Notes: generated by a model from the sequence alone, not told the origin. A stretch of DNA of 64,000 nt from Bordetella parapertussis (GCA_945862265.1 CAMAXP010000004.1:36118-100117), one strand, 5' to 3'. Positions 1 through 9,848 are shown, counted from the first letter of the stretch. A program made the numbers and translations.

Positions 1-152
1 GTCCCATTCGCGAAGCCCGGGAACGCACGCTCAAGGTGCGTGTCTATCCGCAGGCGGAACTCGTGCAGCGTTTCCGGGCTGAGCGCGAGCCGCGTCTCCA
101 CCAGGCGGTCGCGCTGGTCCTTGCGCCACTGTTTCAGGGCCTCCGGACTCAT
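1..152 (-). CDS. 5-formyltetrahydrofolate cyclo-ligase family protein, N-terminal fragment (gene runs off the window start)
   Basis: Reverse-strand ATG at 152..150 reads MSPEALKQWRKDQRDRLVETRLALSPETLHEFRLRIDTHLERAFPG... This resembles N-termini of MTHFS/YgfA-type proteins, and it is divergent from slt. Truncated, so absent from the ORF track. Confidence 0.4.
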   Translation of the reverse strand, partial: MSPEALKQWRKDQRDRLVETRLALSPETLHEFRLRIDTHLERAFPGFANG

Positions 153-196
153 GTGCGCCAACCCGGGTGAGAGGGGGGCTGTGTTATCCTTTCCCT

Positions 197-2143
197 ATGA
201 TTCGCAAGCATTTTTATACTATAGCACTGGCCCTGCTGGCCTCCGGCGCGGCGCTTGGCGCCCCGGCCCGCCCGACGGGCGCGGATGAAACCATTCTCGC
301 CGCGCATGCGTCGTTCCGGACCGGCGATGCGGTGAGGCTCGCCCACTACGCAGCCGCGCTCGAAGGTCACGTGCTGCAGCCTTATGCGGAGTATTGGCAG
401 CTCAAGGTGCGGCTCGACGTCATGCCCTCCACCGAAGTGCGCGCTTACCTTGCGAAGTATCCCGGTAGCTATCTCGCGGATCGCCTGCGCGCCGACTGGT
501 TGAAGGAACTGGGCAAGCGCCGCGATTGGCAGACCTTCGACCTCGAGTTGGCGGCGCTGACCGTGGATGACGCGGACACCCGCTGCTATGCGCTGGCCTC
601 GCGCCTGACTCGCGGCGACGAAAGCACGCTCAACGAAGTCAGCCGTTACTGGCACGATCCCAGGGAACTGCCGGAAGGCTGCGTGGGCGTCGCCGAAGAG
701 GCGCTGGCCCGCGGGCGGTTCACCGTCAAGCACGTCTGGCGGCGCGTGAGGTTGTTGCTGGAAGCCGGGCAGATGACCGCGGCCCGCAAGGCCATGGCCT
801 ACCTGCCGGCGGCCGAGCGGCCCGACGAAAAGCTGCTCACGCTGGCGGCGACGAGCGCCGCGCGGCTGGTCGCCCGCCCGCCCGAAAACCTCTCGGCGCG
901 CGGTGTGCGCGAGATGGTGCTCTTCGCCGTCGTGCGCCATGCGCGCACCGATCCCGGCGCTGCCGCGGAGTTTCTCGCCTCGAAAGCGGGGCAGTCCCTC
1001 TCGGCGGCCGACCGGTCGTACCTCTGGGGTCGCATTGCCTTCGAAGCGGCCAAGCGCCTGCTGCCGGAAGCGGCCGGCTGGTATGCCCGAGCGGGCGATG
1101 CCGACTACTCGGACGAGCAGCTCGCGTGGAAGGCGCGCGCTGCGCTGCGCGCCGGCAACTGGGCCATGGTGGCCGAAGCGATCGACGCGATGACCGTCGC
1201 GGCGCATGCCGACCCGGCGTGGACGTACTGGTATGCGCGCAGCCTTGCCGCGCAAGGCAAGGCCGATGGCGCCCGCGCCTATTTCCTGAAGATCTCCGGG
1301 CAGCCGGACTTCTACGGCTTGCTGGCGAGCGAAGACCTCGGCCAGCCGGTGGGGGTGCCTGCTTTTGCACCGGCGCCGACCGAGGAGCAGGTCGCCAAGG
1401 CCAAGGTCACGCCGGGCCTCGCCCGTGCGCTGGAGCTCTTCCGCCTGAACCTGCGCACGGAGGGGGTGCGCGAGTGGGTGTTCTCGATTCGCGGCATGGA
1501 TGACAGCCAGCTGCTTGCCGCCGCTGAACTCGCCCGCCGCGTCGAACTCTACGACCGCGCGATCAACACAGCCGACCGGACCACCAGCCTGCACGACTAC
1601 AAGGTGCGGTTCCTCACGCCGTTCCGCGAGACCTATCGCGCGCAGTCGCAGGCCTTCGGCGTGGAAGAAGCCTGGCTGTACGGCCTCACCCGCCAGGAAA
1701 GTCGCTTCATCGTCAATGCGAAGTCTTCGGCCGGCGCGCAGGGCCTGATGCAGTTGATGCCGACCACCGCGCGCTGGGTGGCGCAGAAGATCGGCCTGCA
1801 GCTCAGCCCCGGGCGCGTCATCGAGGTGGACACCAACGTCACGCTCGGCGCCCGCTACGTGAAGCTCGTGCTCGACGACCTCGGCCATCCGGTGATGGCG
1901 TCCGCGGCCTACAACGCCGGGCCGGGCCGGGCGCGCCGCTGGCGCGACGCGAAGCCGCTGGAGGGCGCCATCTACGCCGAAAGCATTCCGTTCAACGAAA
2001 CCCGCGACTACGTGAAGAAGGTCATGGCCAACACTTTCTGGTACGCCTCGTTGATGGAGGGCCGGAGCGCGCCGCTCAAGGGGCGCATGGGGACCATCCC
2101 GGCCAAGGCCGGCGGCGACAAGTTCAACGAAGACCTGCCATAA
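197..2143 (+). CDS. slt: soluble lytic murein transglycosylase (Slt70 family)
   Basis: ORF 167..2143. The ATG at 197 gives signal peptide MIRKHFYTIALALLASGAALGAPA. The C-terminal SLT domain has TRQESRF, AGAQGLMQLMPTTA and AYNAGPGR motifs. Confidence 0.9.
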   Translation: MIRKHFYTIALALLASGAALGAPARPTGADETILAAHASFRTGDAVRLAHYAAALEGHVLQPYAEYWQLKVRLDVMPSTEVRAYLAKYPGSYLADRLRADWLKELGKRRDWQTFDLELAALTVDDADTRCYALASRLTRGDESTLNEVSRYWHDPRELPEGCVGVAEEALARGRFTVKHVWRRVRLLLEAGQMTAARKAMAYLPAAERPDEKLLTLAATSAARLVARPPENLSARGVREMVLFAVVRHARTDPGAAAEFLASKAGQSLSAADRSYLWGRIAFEAAKRLLPEAAGWYARAGDADYSDEQLAWKARAALRAGNWAMVAEAIDAMTVAAHADPAWTYWYARSLAAQGKADGARAYFLKISGQPDFYGLLASEDLGQPVGVPAFAPAPTEEQVAKAKVTPGLARALELFRLNLRTEGVREWVFSIRGMDDSQLLAAAELARRVELYDRAINTADRTTSLHDYKVRFLTPFRETYRAQSQAFGVEEAWLYGLTRQESRFIVNAKSSAGAQGLMQLMPTTARWVAQKIGLQLSPGRVIEVDTNVTLGARYVKLVLDDLGHPVMASAAYNAGPGRARRWRDAKPLEGAIYAESIPFNETRDYVKKVMANTFWYASLMEGRSAPLKGRMGTIPAKAGGDKFNEDLP

Positions 2144-2150
2144 TTTCGGC

Positions 2151-3119
2151 ATGAAAACCCAAAACGTCCTGGTCATTGGCGGCTCCGGTTTCATCGGCAG
2201 CCATGTCGTCAGCCTCTTGGCTGCACGCGGCGTCAACGTCCTGGTCCCCACGCGCCGGCGAGAGCGCGCCAAGCACCTGATCCTGTTGCCCACCGTCGAT
2301 GTGGTCGCGGCCGACGTCAATGCGCCGGGCGTCCTAGACGGCCTCGTGCGCGGCTGCGACGCCGTCATCAACCTCGTCGGCGTGCTGCACAGCCGCCCGG
2401 CCGGCGGGGCGAGCGACGGCGGCAACCGCTACGGGCAGGACTTCTTCCTCGCGCACGTTGAGCTCGCGCAGCGCATCGCTTCCGCCTGCCGCGCGGCGGG
2501 TGTTCGCCGCGTGCTGCACATGAGCGCGCTGGGCGCGTCGCGCGATGCGCCGAGCGAATACCTGCGCTCCAAAGGCGCGGGGGAAGAAGCCGCGCTGGCC
2601 GCGGACGACCTCTCGGTCACGGTATTCCGGCCCTCCGTGGTGTTCGGGCCCGACGATCGCTTCCTCAACCTTTTCGCCACGCTGGCGGCGCTGACGCCCG
2701 CGCTGTTGCTGGCCAGCCCCGATGCGCGATTCCAGCCGGTGTACGTCGGCGACGTGGCGCAGGCAATGGTGCAGTCGCTCGACGATAGCGATGCGGCGGG
2801 CAAGCGCTTCGACCTCTGCGGGCCGTGCGAATACACCTTGCGCGAGCTGGTGGAGTACGTCTGCCGCGCGACCGGTCGCCGGCGCCTCATCATCGGCCTG
2901 GGGCCGATGTTCTCGAGCCTGCAGGCTTGGGTGCTCGAGAAACTGCCGGGCAAGCTCGTCACGCGCGACAACCTGCGCTCGATGCAGGTGCCGAGCGTCT
3001 CGTCCGCCCCGCTGCCTTACGGCCTAGTGGCCACCTCGCTCGATGCGGTCACGCCGTTCTACCTCAGTCACGCAGCACCGCGCGAGCGCTACGACGATTT
3101 CCGCCGGTCGCACCGGTAG
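2151..3119 (+). CDS. NAD(P)-binding SDR, complex I NDUFA9-like / NAD-dependent epimerase-dehydratase family
   Basis: N-terminal Rossmann motif VLVIGGSGFIGSHVV. The ~320-aa length is typical of the NDUFA9-like family. Confidence 0.75.
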   Translation: MKTQNVLVIGGSGFIGSHVVSLLAARGVNVLVPTRRRERAKHLILLPTVDVVAADVNAPGVLDGLVRGCDAVINLVGVLHSRPAGGASDGGNRYGQDFFLAHVELAQRIASACRAAGVRRVLHMSALGASRDAPSEYLRSKGAGEEAALAADDLSVTVFRPSVVFGPDDRFLNLFATLAALTPALLLASPDARFQPVYVGDVAQAMVQSLDDSDAAGKRFDLCGPCEYTLRELVEYVCRATGRRRLIIGLGPMFSSLQAWVLEKLPGKLVTRDNLRSMQVPSVSSAPLPYGLVATSLDAVTPFYLSHAAPRERYDDFRRSHR

Positions 3120-3125
3120 GTTTTC

Positions 3126-3779
3126 GTGAGCGAGCTGACACTCGTCATCGGGAACAAGAATTACTCTTCCTGGTCCCTGCGCCCGTGGCTCGCGATGAGG
3201 GTCGCGGGCATCCCGTTTGCCGAGCACCGCATCCCGCTGTACGGGCCGGGTTCCAAGGACCAGATCCTGGTGTATTCGCCGGCCGGGAAAGTGCCCTGCC
3301 TCGCCGACGGCGACCTGCGCGTCTGGGATTCGCTGTCGATCTGCGAGTACCTCGCCGAGAAGCACCCCGGGCTGTGGCCGCAGGATCCGGCGGCGCGGGC
3401 CCTCGCGCGGTCCGTCTCCGCCGAAATGCACTCGGGCTTCGCGAACCTGCGCGCCAAGATGAGCATGAACATCCGCAAGCGCTACCCGGGTCTGGGCCGC
3501 ACGCCGGAGTCGCTGGCGGATGTCGCGCGCATTGTCTCGCTCTGGTCGGACTGCCGCGCGCGCTACGGCAAGGGCGGGCGGTTCCTCTTCGGCGCGTTCT
3601 CGATCGCCGACGCAATGTATGCCCCGGTGGTGCTGCGTTTTCGCACCTACGAGGTCGAGCTGCCCGCCGATTGCCGGGCCTACTCCGACGCGGTGCTTGC
3701 GCTGCCGGCGATGCAGGACTGGATCGCGGCCGCGATGGCGGAGACCGAATCCCTGCCGCAGTTCGAGCTGTACGGCTGA
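3126..3779 (+). CDS. glutathione S-transferase family protein
   Basis: GTG start, 217 aa. N-terminal thioredoxin-like GST fold (LVIGNKNYSSWSLRPWL) and C-terminal helical domain. Confidence 0.8.
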   Translation: MSELTLVIGNKNYSSWSLRPWLAMRVAGIPFAEHRIPLYGPGSKDQILVYSPAGKVPCLADGDLRVWDSLSICEYLAEKHPGLWPQDPAARALARSVSAEMHSGFANLRAKMSMNIRKRYPGLGRTPESLADVARIVSLWSDCRARYGKGGRFLFGAFSIADAMYAPVVLRFRTYEVELPADCRAYSDAVLALPAMQDWIAAAMAETESLPQFELYG

Positions 3780-3789
3780 CCCCGGCGCG

Positions 3790-4902
3790 ATGCAAGCGTA
3801 CGTAGTGGGCGGCGCGGTGCGCGACGAGTTGCTCGGCCTGCCGGTGGTCGATCGCGATTGGGTCGTGGTCGGCGCCACGCCCGAATCGATGGCCGCGCTG
3901 GGCTACACGCCCGTGGGCCGCGACTTCCCGGTATTCCTGCATCCCGAAACACACGAGGAATACGCCCTCGCGCGCACCGAGCGCAAAAGCGGCCGTGGCT
4001 ACAAGGGCTTCACCGTCTACGCCGCGCCGGATGTCACCCTCGAGCAGGATCTCGCGCGGCGCGACCTGACGATCAACGCGATGGCGCGCGGCGCCGACGG
4101 CCGGCTGATCGACCCCTTCGGTGGGGAAGCGGACCTTCGCGCCGGCGTACTGCGCCATGTGGGCGAGGCCTTCCACGAGGACCCCGTGCGCATCCTGCGC
4201 GTGGCGCGGTTTGCGGCCAGGTTCCAATTCCATGTCCACGAGGCGACCCGCAGGCTGATGGCCGGCATGGTGCAGGCGGGCGAAGTCGACCACCTCGTGG
4301 CCGAGCGGGTCTGGCAGGAGTTCGAGCGCGGGCTCGGCGAGGCGCACCCGAAGGAAATGTTCCTCCTCCTGGAAGAGTGCGGTGCGCTCGGCCGCCTTGC
4401 GCCGGAGCTGTTGCCCCTCTTGGCCGGGACGGCGCGCGACGAGACCTTCGCGGCGCTGGCGCGCGCGGTCGACGCGGGCGCCCTCCTCCCGGTTCGCTTC
4501 GCTCTGCTGGCCTGGTTCGCCGGCGAAGGCGGCGAGGCGGGCTTTGCCGCGTTGTGCAAGCGCCTGCGGGCGCCCATGGAGGTGCGCGACCTCGCCGTCC
4601 TCGCCTGCCGATGCCGCCCGTTCATCGAACGAGCCGCCGATGCCGACGCCGGCGACCTGCTGCAACTGCTGAAGCGCGCGGATGCTTTCCGCCGTCGCGA
4701 CCGCTTCGAGGAACTGCTGCTGGCGGCGCGCCTGGCCGCGCCCGGCACCGCCCCCGGCGCGGGGCGCGCGCGGCAGGCGCTGCGCGCGGCGGCCTCCATC
4801 GATGCCGGCGCGATTGCCGGCGACACGCTCACCCCCGGGGACATCCCCGCCGCCATCGATGCCGCGCGCCTCGAGGCGATCCGTACCGCCACTGGAACCT
4901 AG
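3790..4902 (+). CDS. cca: CCA-adding tRNA nucleotidyltransferase
   Basis: Internal ATG at 3790 of ORF 3520..4902 gives MQAYVVGGAVRDELLGLPVVDRDWVVVG...RTERKSGRGYKGF, the classic Cca head domain. Confidence 0.9.
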   Translation: MQAYVVGGAVRDELLGLPVVDRDWVVVGATPESMAALGYTPVGRDFPVFLHPETHEEYALARTERKSGRGYKGFTVYAAPDVTLEQDLARRDLTINAMARGADGRLIDPFGGEADLRAGVLRHVGEAFHEDPVRILRVARFAARFQFHVHEATRRLMAGMVQAGEVDHLVAERVWQEFERGLGEAHPKEMFLLLEECGALGRLAPELLPLLAGTARDETFAALARAVDAGALLPVRFALLAWFAGEGGEAGFAALCKRLRAPMEVRDLAVLACRCRPFIERAADADAGDLLQLLKRADAFRRRDRFEELLLAARLAAPGTAPGAGRARQALRAAASIDAGAIAGDTLTPGDIPAAIDAARLEAIRTATGT

Positions 4903-6240
4903 ATGAAAGAACGCTTTTTCGCGGGACTGCTGCGCAACCTGTCCGCGGGCACCCGCCTTGCGCTGTTCCTGCCGGTGCGCTGGCTGCACTTCCGGGCCAC
5001 GCCGGGGCAGTTCGCGCTGCTGGCCGTGTTCAACCTGCTGGTCTGGGTCTTGTCGGCCACGCTGCAGGCCGACGGCGGCGCGCTGAACCCGCAAGCTGTC
5101 GCCGTCTACCTCGCGCAGATCCCGGTGCTGCTGCTCGCGTGCCTGGCGATCGCCTCGATCCACGGCAACGCTTCGCTCGCCACGCTGCTCGCGGTGGCGC
5201 TGTCTGCAAGCGACCTCGCGTTCGAACTGGCCGGGGTGGCGTTGTTCGGGGCCGGCATCAGCACCGGGGCGCAGCTTGCCAGTTGGGTCGCTTTCCTCGC
5301 GTGGGGCTGGCTCGTCGCCATGCGCGCCATCGTGATCTGCACCGGCGCACGCTGGCGGCAGAAGGCAACGGCCCTGACTGGCGGCGTGATCCTGCTGCTG
5401 ATGGCGTTCTCCCTCTTTGTGTTGCCGCGCACCGAGCTGTGGACGCCCGATCCGGAGGGCGATGTCGAGCCGTCGAGGCTCGTGCGGGAGGACGTGTTCC
5501 ACACCCAGGGCGAGCTGATCGAGCGCCAGCTCGCAGCCATCGAGCCGGGGCGGGTCGGCGACACTGAGCTCTACTTTGTCGGGTTCGCGCCCGATGGCAG
5601 CCAGGACGTGTTCCGCCGCGAGATGCGCTCGGTGCAGAAGCTCATCGAGCAGAGCTACGACGCGGCGCGCCGCTCGATCGCGCTGGTGAGCAACCCGGCG
5701 ACGCTGGCCGACCATCCGCTTGCCACGGCCACCAACCTGCGGCGCACGCTCGCGCATGTGGCGAAGCGGATGAACGCAGACGAGGACGTGCTGATGCTCT
5801 ACGTGACCGCGCACGGCGACCAGGGCTTCGGGCTGTCGGCCTGGGCGCCGCCGCTCGACCTCGCGCCGGTGAATCCCACAGTGCTCGCCCGCGCATTGAA
5901 CGACGCGGGCATCAAGTGGCGGGTGCTGGTGATCTCGGCCTGCTACTCGGGCGGGTTCATCGAGCCGCTGAAGGACGACAACACGCTGATCATCACCGCT
6001 TCCGCGTCAGACAGGCAGTCCTTCGGCTGCGAGAGCGGCAATGAGTGGACGCACTTCGGCGACGCGTATTTCCGCCAGGCGTTGCCGAACGCAAAGGCTT
6101 TCATCGAGGCCTTCCCGGTGGCGGCGGAGGCCGTGGCCGCGCGCGAAAAGGCCGAGGGGCTTTCGCCGCCCTCAAACCCGCAGATCTTCGTCGGGCGGGC
6201 CATCGCCGAGAAGTTGCGTCACCTGCCGCTCGCGCAATAG
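4903..6240 (+). CDS. C13 (legumain-like) family peptidase with N-terminal polytopic membrane domain
   Basis: About 5-6 hydrophobic segments in the first ~190 aa. The C-terminal domain has the His/Cys dyad contexts LMLYVTAHGD and VLVISACYSGGF. The start abuts the cca stop (TAGATG). Confidence 0.75.
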   Translation: MKERFFAGLLRNLSAGTRLALFLPVRWLHFRATPGQFALLAVFNLLVWVLSATLQADGGALNPQAVAVYLAQIPVLLLACLAIASIHGNASLATLLAVALSASDLAFELAGVALFGAGISTGAQLASWVAFLAWGWLVAMRAIVICTGARWRQKATALTGGVILLLMAFSLFVLPRTELWTPDPEGDVEPSRLVREDVFHTQGELIERQLAAIEPGRVGDTELYFVGFAPDGSQDVFRREMRSVQKLIEQSYDAARRSIALVSNPATLADHPLATATNLRRTLAHVAKRMNADEDVLMLYVTAHGDQGFGLSAWAPPLDLAPVNPTVLARALNDAGIKWRVLVISACYSGGFIEPLKDDNTLIITASASDRQSFGCESGNEWTHFGDAYFRQALPNAKAFIEAFPVAAEAVAAREKAEGLSPPSNPQIFVGRAIAEKLRHLPLAQ

Positions 6241-6266
6241 GAGGACGGCGGGGACGCCGGCGGGCC

Positions 6267-6464
6267 CTACACCAGCCGGCCGATCAGCCAGGCGAGCAGC
6301 GAGAGGATCAGCGTGCTCGCCAGCGGCAGGATGTACTGGCGGCCGCGCAGGTTGAAGCGCAGGTCGCCGGGCATCTGCCCGATGCCGAAGCGCCGCGCGA
6401 GCCAGGGCATGGCGGCAGTCAAAACAACCAGGGCGATGACGGTGGTGAGGAGCCATTTGAGCAT
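6267..6464 (-). CDS. DUF2905 family small membrane protein
   Basis: MLKWLLTTVIALVVLTAAMPWLARRFGIGQMPGDLRFNLRGRQYILPLASTLILSLLAWLIGRLV is the typical DUF2905 pattern. The start was trimmed to the internal ATG. Confidence 0.7.
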   Translation of the reverse strand: MLKWLLTTVIALVVLTAAMPWLARRFGIGQMPGDLRFNLRGRQYILPLASTLILSLLAWLIGRLV

Positions 6465-6517
6465 CGGTTCAGGATAAACTTCCTCTCCCCCCACAGCAAA
6501 CCGGACAGAGCGCGACC

Positions 6518-7135
6518 ATGATCGAACTGCACACCTGGACCACCCCCAACGGCCGCAAGGTTTCGGTGATGCTCGAGGAGTGCGGCCTGCCGTACATCGC
6601 GCACAAGGTGAACATCGGCCAGAACGAGCAGTTCAAGCCCGAGTTCCTCGCCATCAGCCCGAACAACCGCATCCCGGCGATCGTCGATCCCGACGGTCCC
6701 GACGGCAAGCCCATCCACCTGTTCGAGTCGGGCGCGATCCTGGTCTATCTCGCCGGCAAGACCGGCAAGTTCCTGCCTACCTCGACCAAGGGCAAGTACG
6801 AGGCGCTGCAGTGGCTGATGTGGCAGATGGGCGGCGTGGGCCCGATGTTCGGCCAGGCGCACCATTTCCTGCGCGCGGCGCCGGAGCAGGTGCCCTACGG
6901 CATCAAGCGCTACACGGATGAGGCCAAGCGCCTCTACGGCGTGCTCGACCGGCGCCTCGCCGAAGCGGCCTACATGGCGGGCGAGTACTCGATCGCCGAC
7001 ATCGCCACCTACCCGTGGATCGCGCGCCACGAGTGGCACAAGGTCGACCTCGCCGAGTTCCCCAACGTCAAGCGCTGGTACGACACCATCGGCCGGCGGC
7101 CGGCGGTGGTGCGGGGCATGGCGGTGCCGGCCTGA
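6518..7135 (+). CDS. glutathione S-transferase (YfcG/GST-N-family disulfide reductase-like)
   Basis: MIELHTWTTPNGRKVSVMLEECGLPY...FLAISPNNRIPAIVD is the typical Nu-class GST N-terminus. Confidence 0.85.
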   Translation: MIELHTWTTPNGRKVSVMLEECGLPYIAHKVNIGQNEQFKPEFLAISPNNRIPAIVDPDGPDGKPIHLFESGAILVYLAGKTGKFLPTSTKGKYEALQWLMWQMGGVGPMFGQAHHFLRAAPEQVPYGIKRYTDEAKRLYGVLDRRLAEAAYMAGEYSIADIATYPWIARHEWHKVDLAEFPNVKRWYDTIGRRPAVVRGMAVPA

Positions 7136-7163
7136 TTGCCTTTTAAGGCATGCTACCTAACTG

Positions 7164-7188
7164 AAGATCGGCTCCTGCAGCCGATCTT
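7164..7188. terminator. hairpin between convergent genes (candidate bidirectional terminator)
   Basis: aagatcggc-tcctgca-gccgatctt forms a 9-bp stem. It sits between the GST stop (7135) and the cytochrome c stop (7209). Confidence 0.5.
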
Positions 7189-7208
7189 GCAGAGTAAATG
7201 TTAAAGAT

Positions 7209-7871
7209 TCATAGGGACTTCCTCGCATACTTCGCGAGGAAGGCGTTGATGTCCTCGACGCGCAGCTGCGGCTCGCCGCGGGCCGGCTGCGAGCCCACCA
7301 CGCGGTTCATCCACTCCATGTTCCGTTCCATGCGCGCGACCACCTCGCGCCATTCCTTGGCGGTGTGGCGCTGCGGATCGGGAAGCACATGGCACTGGCT
7401 GCAGGCGATGCGGAAGGGTTCCCCCGAGGGCGCATTCACTTCGGGCAGCTTCTTCGGGTCGAGCGGCTTCATCGCGTTCACGCGAAGGTAGGTGACCAGC
7501 ACGCGGGCCTCCTCCGGGGTGGGCGCAGACACGCCGGCCATCATGTCGGTCATCAGCTTGCCCATGTTCCCCAAGCCTCGCATGCGCACCACCATGCGCT
7601 CGAACACCGGTGGCCATTTCTGCGCGTGGTGCATTGCCGGGTTGGGCAGGTTGTGGCACTGCACGCAGTAGCGCAGCGCCAGCTGCGCGCCCGCGGAGCC
7701 GGGCTGGGGCAGCATGGAGGGCTCGAATCCCGGCGGCAGGATGCGCTCGAGCATGGGGCCGTAGGGGCTATCTTCCCAGCGCTTCTTCGCGGCGGCGGTG
7801 GGGTCTGCGGCCTGTGCCGCAGTTGCAACTGACAGCAGGAACGCGAGCGCGCCGAGCTTGAGCATGAGCAT
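7209..7871 (-). CDS. diheme c-type cytochrome (periplasmic)
   Basis: Signal peptide MLMLKLGALAFLLSVATAAQA. Two CxxCH motifs (CVQCHNLP, CSQCHVLP) sit in internally duplicated modules. Confidence 0.8.
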   Translation of the reverse strand: MLMLKLGALAFLLSVATAAQAADPTAAAKKRWEDSPYGPMLERILPPGFEPSMLPQPGSAGAQLALRYCVQCHNLPNPAMHHAQKWPPVFERMVVRMRGLGNMGKLMTDMMAGVSAPTPEEARVLVTYLRVNAMKPLDPKKLPEVNAPSGEPFRIACSQCHVLPDPQRHTAKEWREVVARMERNMEWMNRVVGSQPARGEPQLRVEDINAFLAKYARKSL

Positions 7872-7874
7872 GCC

Positions 7875-9056
7875 CTACAGCGTATGCGAACGCTCGCCGC
7901 GTGCAAAGCCCGCAAGGCCCGGCGCGATGCCGCGTCCGAGGCACAGCACCTTGAATAATTCGCCCATTTCCGCCGGGGACAGGAGCTTTTGCGCGGTGGC
8001 CGCGACAGGGGCGTAGCGGCGCACGTCCGCCGGGTCGCTGCGCCCGAGCACGTCCGTGATCCCGCAATTGACGAGGAAGCTCGATTGCGTGGCGTACCCG
8101 AGCAGGTCGAGGCCCGCAGCCGTGCCGGCCGCGGCCAGCGCGCTGAAGTCCACGTGCGCGGTGATGTCCTGCAATCCCGGGTAGAGGAAAGGGTCGGCGT
8201 GCGCGAGGTGGCGGTAGTGGCACATCAGCGTCCCGCCCGAACGCTGCGGGTGGAAGAACTCATGGGCCGGGAAGCCGTAATCGATCACGAGCAGCGCGCC
8301 GTGCGCGAGGCTTTCGGCCACCGACGCGGCCCAGCCTTGCGCGGCGAGGGCGATCTCGCCTTCGTAGGGCATGGGGACGGCAATCGCCCGCGCTGTGGCG
8401 AGGAGGTCGCCGGTGGCGGGGCGTTCAGACCACGCGAGTTCCCCGTCGACGAGCGCGACCCCGCGCTCGAAAACGCCGGACTCGCGCCACGCGACCGCAT
8501 GCACCGGCATCGCGTCGACGACCTCGTTGGCGAGCATCACGCCGCGAAACGCTTCCGGCAGGCGATCCAGCCAGGCGACCTTGCCCACCGAGCCGGGCGC
8601 GAGCCGGGTGATCGTGGCGCGCTGGCGCTCGGCGAGTTCCGCGCCGGGTTCGAGGATCGAATAGCTGTCCACCGCGCAGCCCAGCCGTTCGAGTTCCGCA
8701 AGCAGCTCGCCGGCAAGGTCCCCGCCTCCCGCCCCGAATTCGAGCAGGTGGGGACCGGCCTGCGGGAGGAGTTCCGCCACCTGCCGCGCGAGCGTCTGCG
8801 CAAACAGGGGGCCGAGCGTAGGGGCGGTGACGAAATCGCCCGCCGCGCCAAACTTGGCCGCCCCGCCCATGTAGTAGCCGAGGCCCGGCGCGTAGAGCGC
8901 CATCTGCATGTAGTCCGCGAAGCTGATCCAGCCGCCGGAGGCCGCAATTGCCTCCTCGACGCGTCCAACCAACGCACGACTGGCGTCGAGTGCGTCGGGT
9001 CCGGGCGTCGGCAACTGCGGGGCGGGGCGTAACATGGGGCGGGCATCGTCCCCCAT
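7875..9056 (-). CDS. class I SAM-dependent methyltransferase (DUF185 / NDUFAF7-MidA-like)
   Basis: 393-aa ORF with the EFGAGGGDLA SAM-binding motif and DUF185-like architecture. An alternative start at 9035 is possible. Confidence 0.75.
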   Translation of the reverse strand: MGDDARPMLRPAPQLPTPGPDALDASRALVGRVEEAIAASGGWISFADYMQMALYAPGLGYYMGGAAKFGAAGDFVTAPTLGPLFAQTLARQVAELLPQAGPHLLEFGAGGGDLAGELLAELERLGCAVDSYSILEPGAELAERQRATITRLAPGSVGKVAWLDRLPEAFRGVMLANEVVDAMPVHAVAWRESGVFERGVALVDGELAWSERPATGDLLATARAIAVPMPYEGEIALAAQGWAASVAESLAHGALLVIDYGFPAHEFFHPQRSGGTLMCHYRHLAHADPFLYPGLQDITAHVDFSALAAAGTAAGLDLLGYATQSSFLVNCGITDVLGRSDPADVRRYAPVAATAQKLLSPAEMGELFKVLCLGRGIAPGLAGFARGERSHTL

Positions 9057-9097
9057 TTGGGTAAAATCCGCAATTCACTGTTCTTTCAACGACCCCC

Positions 9098-9844
9098 ATG
9101 CAAGACCTGAAGGACAAGGTAGCGCTGGTCACAGGCGCGGCGCGACGCGTCGGGGCGGCGATCGCGCGCAAGCTCCACGCGCACGGCGCCACGGTGCTCA
9201 TGCATTACCGCGGCTCCGAGCCCGAGGCGATCGCGCTCGAGGCGGAACTGAACGCGCTGCGCCCGGGCAGCGCGCTGCGGGTCAAGGCCGACCTGCTAGC
9301 GCACGGCGCACCCGAACTGCTGGTGCGCACAGCGGTCGAGCGGTTCGGCCGGCTCGACATCCTCGTCAACAATGCCTCGAGCTTCTTCCCGACGGCGGTG
9401 GGCGAGGTCAACGACCAGAGCTGGGACGATCTCGTGGGCACGAACGTGAAGGCCCCGTTGCTGCTCTCGCAGGCCGCCGCGGGCGAGCTCGCGAAGGCGA
9501 AGGGCTCGATCGTCAACATCGTCGACATCCATGCCGAGCGGCCCCTCAAGGGGTACGTCGTGTATACGATTGCCAAGGCGGGACTCGCGGCGATGACGCG
9601 GTCCCTCGCGATGGAACTCGCGCCGGACGTGCGCGTGAACGGCGTTTCCCCCGGCGCGATCGCGTGGCCCGAGGACGGCCAGTTCCCGCCCGAGGTGCGC
9701 AAGCACATCATCGACGACACGCTGCTGAAGCGCCTCGGCGACCCCGAAGACATCGCGCTCGCGGTGCTCTTTCTCGCGGCCGGCGCGCCTTACGTCACCG
9801 GGCAGATCATCGCCGTCGACGGCGGCCGCAGCGTTAACATCTGA
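9098..9844 (+). CDS. pteridine reductase-like short-chain dehydrogenase
   Basis: SDR with the TGAARRVG (TGxxxRxG) cofactor motif typical of FolM/PTR1-type enzymes, plus a YxxxK context (YTIAK). Confidence 0.7.
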   Translation: MQDLKDKVALVTGAARRVGAAIARKLHAHGATVLMHYRGSEPEAIALEAELNALRPGSALRVKADLLAHGAPELLVRTAVERFGRLDILVNNASSFFPTAVGEVNDQSWDDLVGTNVKAPLLLSQAAAGELAKAKGSIVNIVDIHAERPLKGYVVYTIAKAGLAAMTRSLAMELAPDVRVNGVSPGAIAWPEDGQFPPEVRKHIIDDTLLKRLGDPEDIALAVLFLAAGAPYVTGQIIAVDGGRSVNI

Positions 9845-9848
9845 GTCC

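Noticed and set aside
149-2425. 758-aa minus-strand ORF overlapping slt and the next gene
   Set aside because: Antisense shadow ORF typical of high-GC DNA. Its Arg/Ala/Gly/Pro-rich translation has no recognisable motifs, and the plus strand encodes a well-supported Slt70 with a signal peptide and catalytic motifs.
3145-5814. 889-aa minus-strand ORF across GST, cca and the C13 peptidase
   Set aside because: Shadow ORF that spans three independently well-supported plus-strand genes. Low-complexity Arg/Gly-rich translation.
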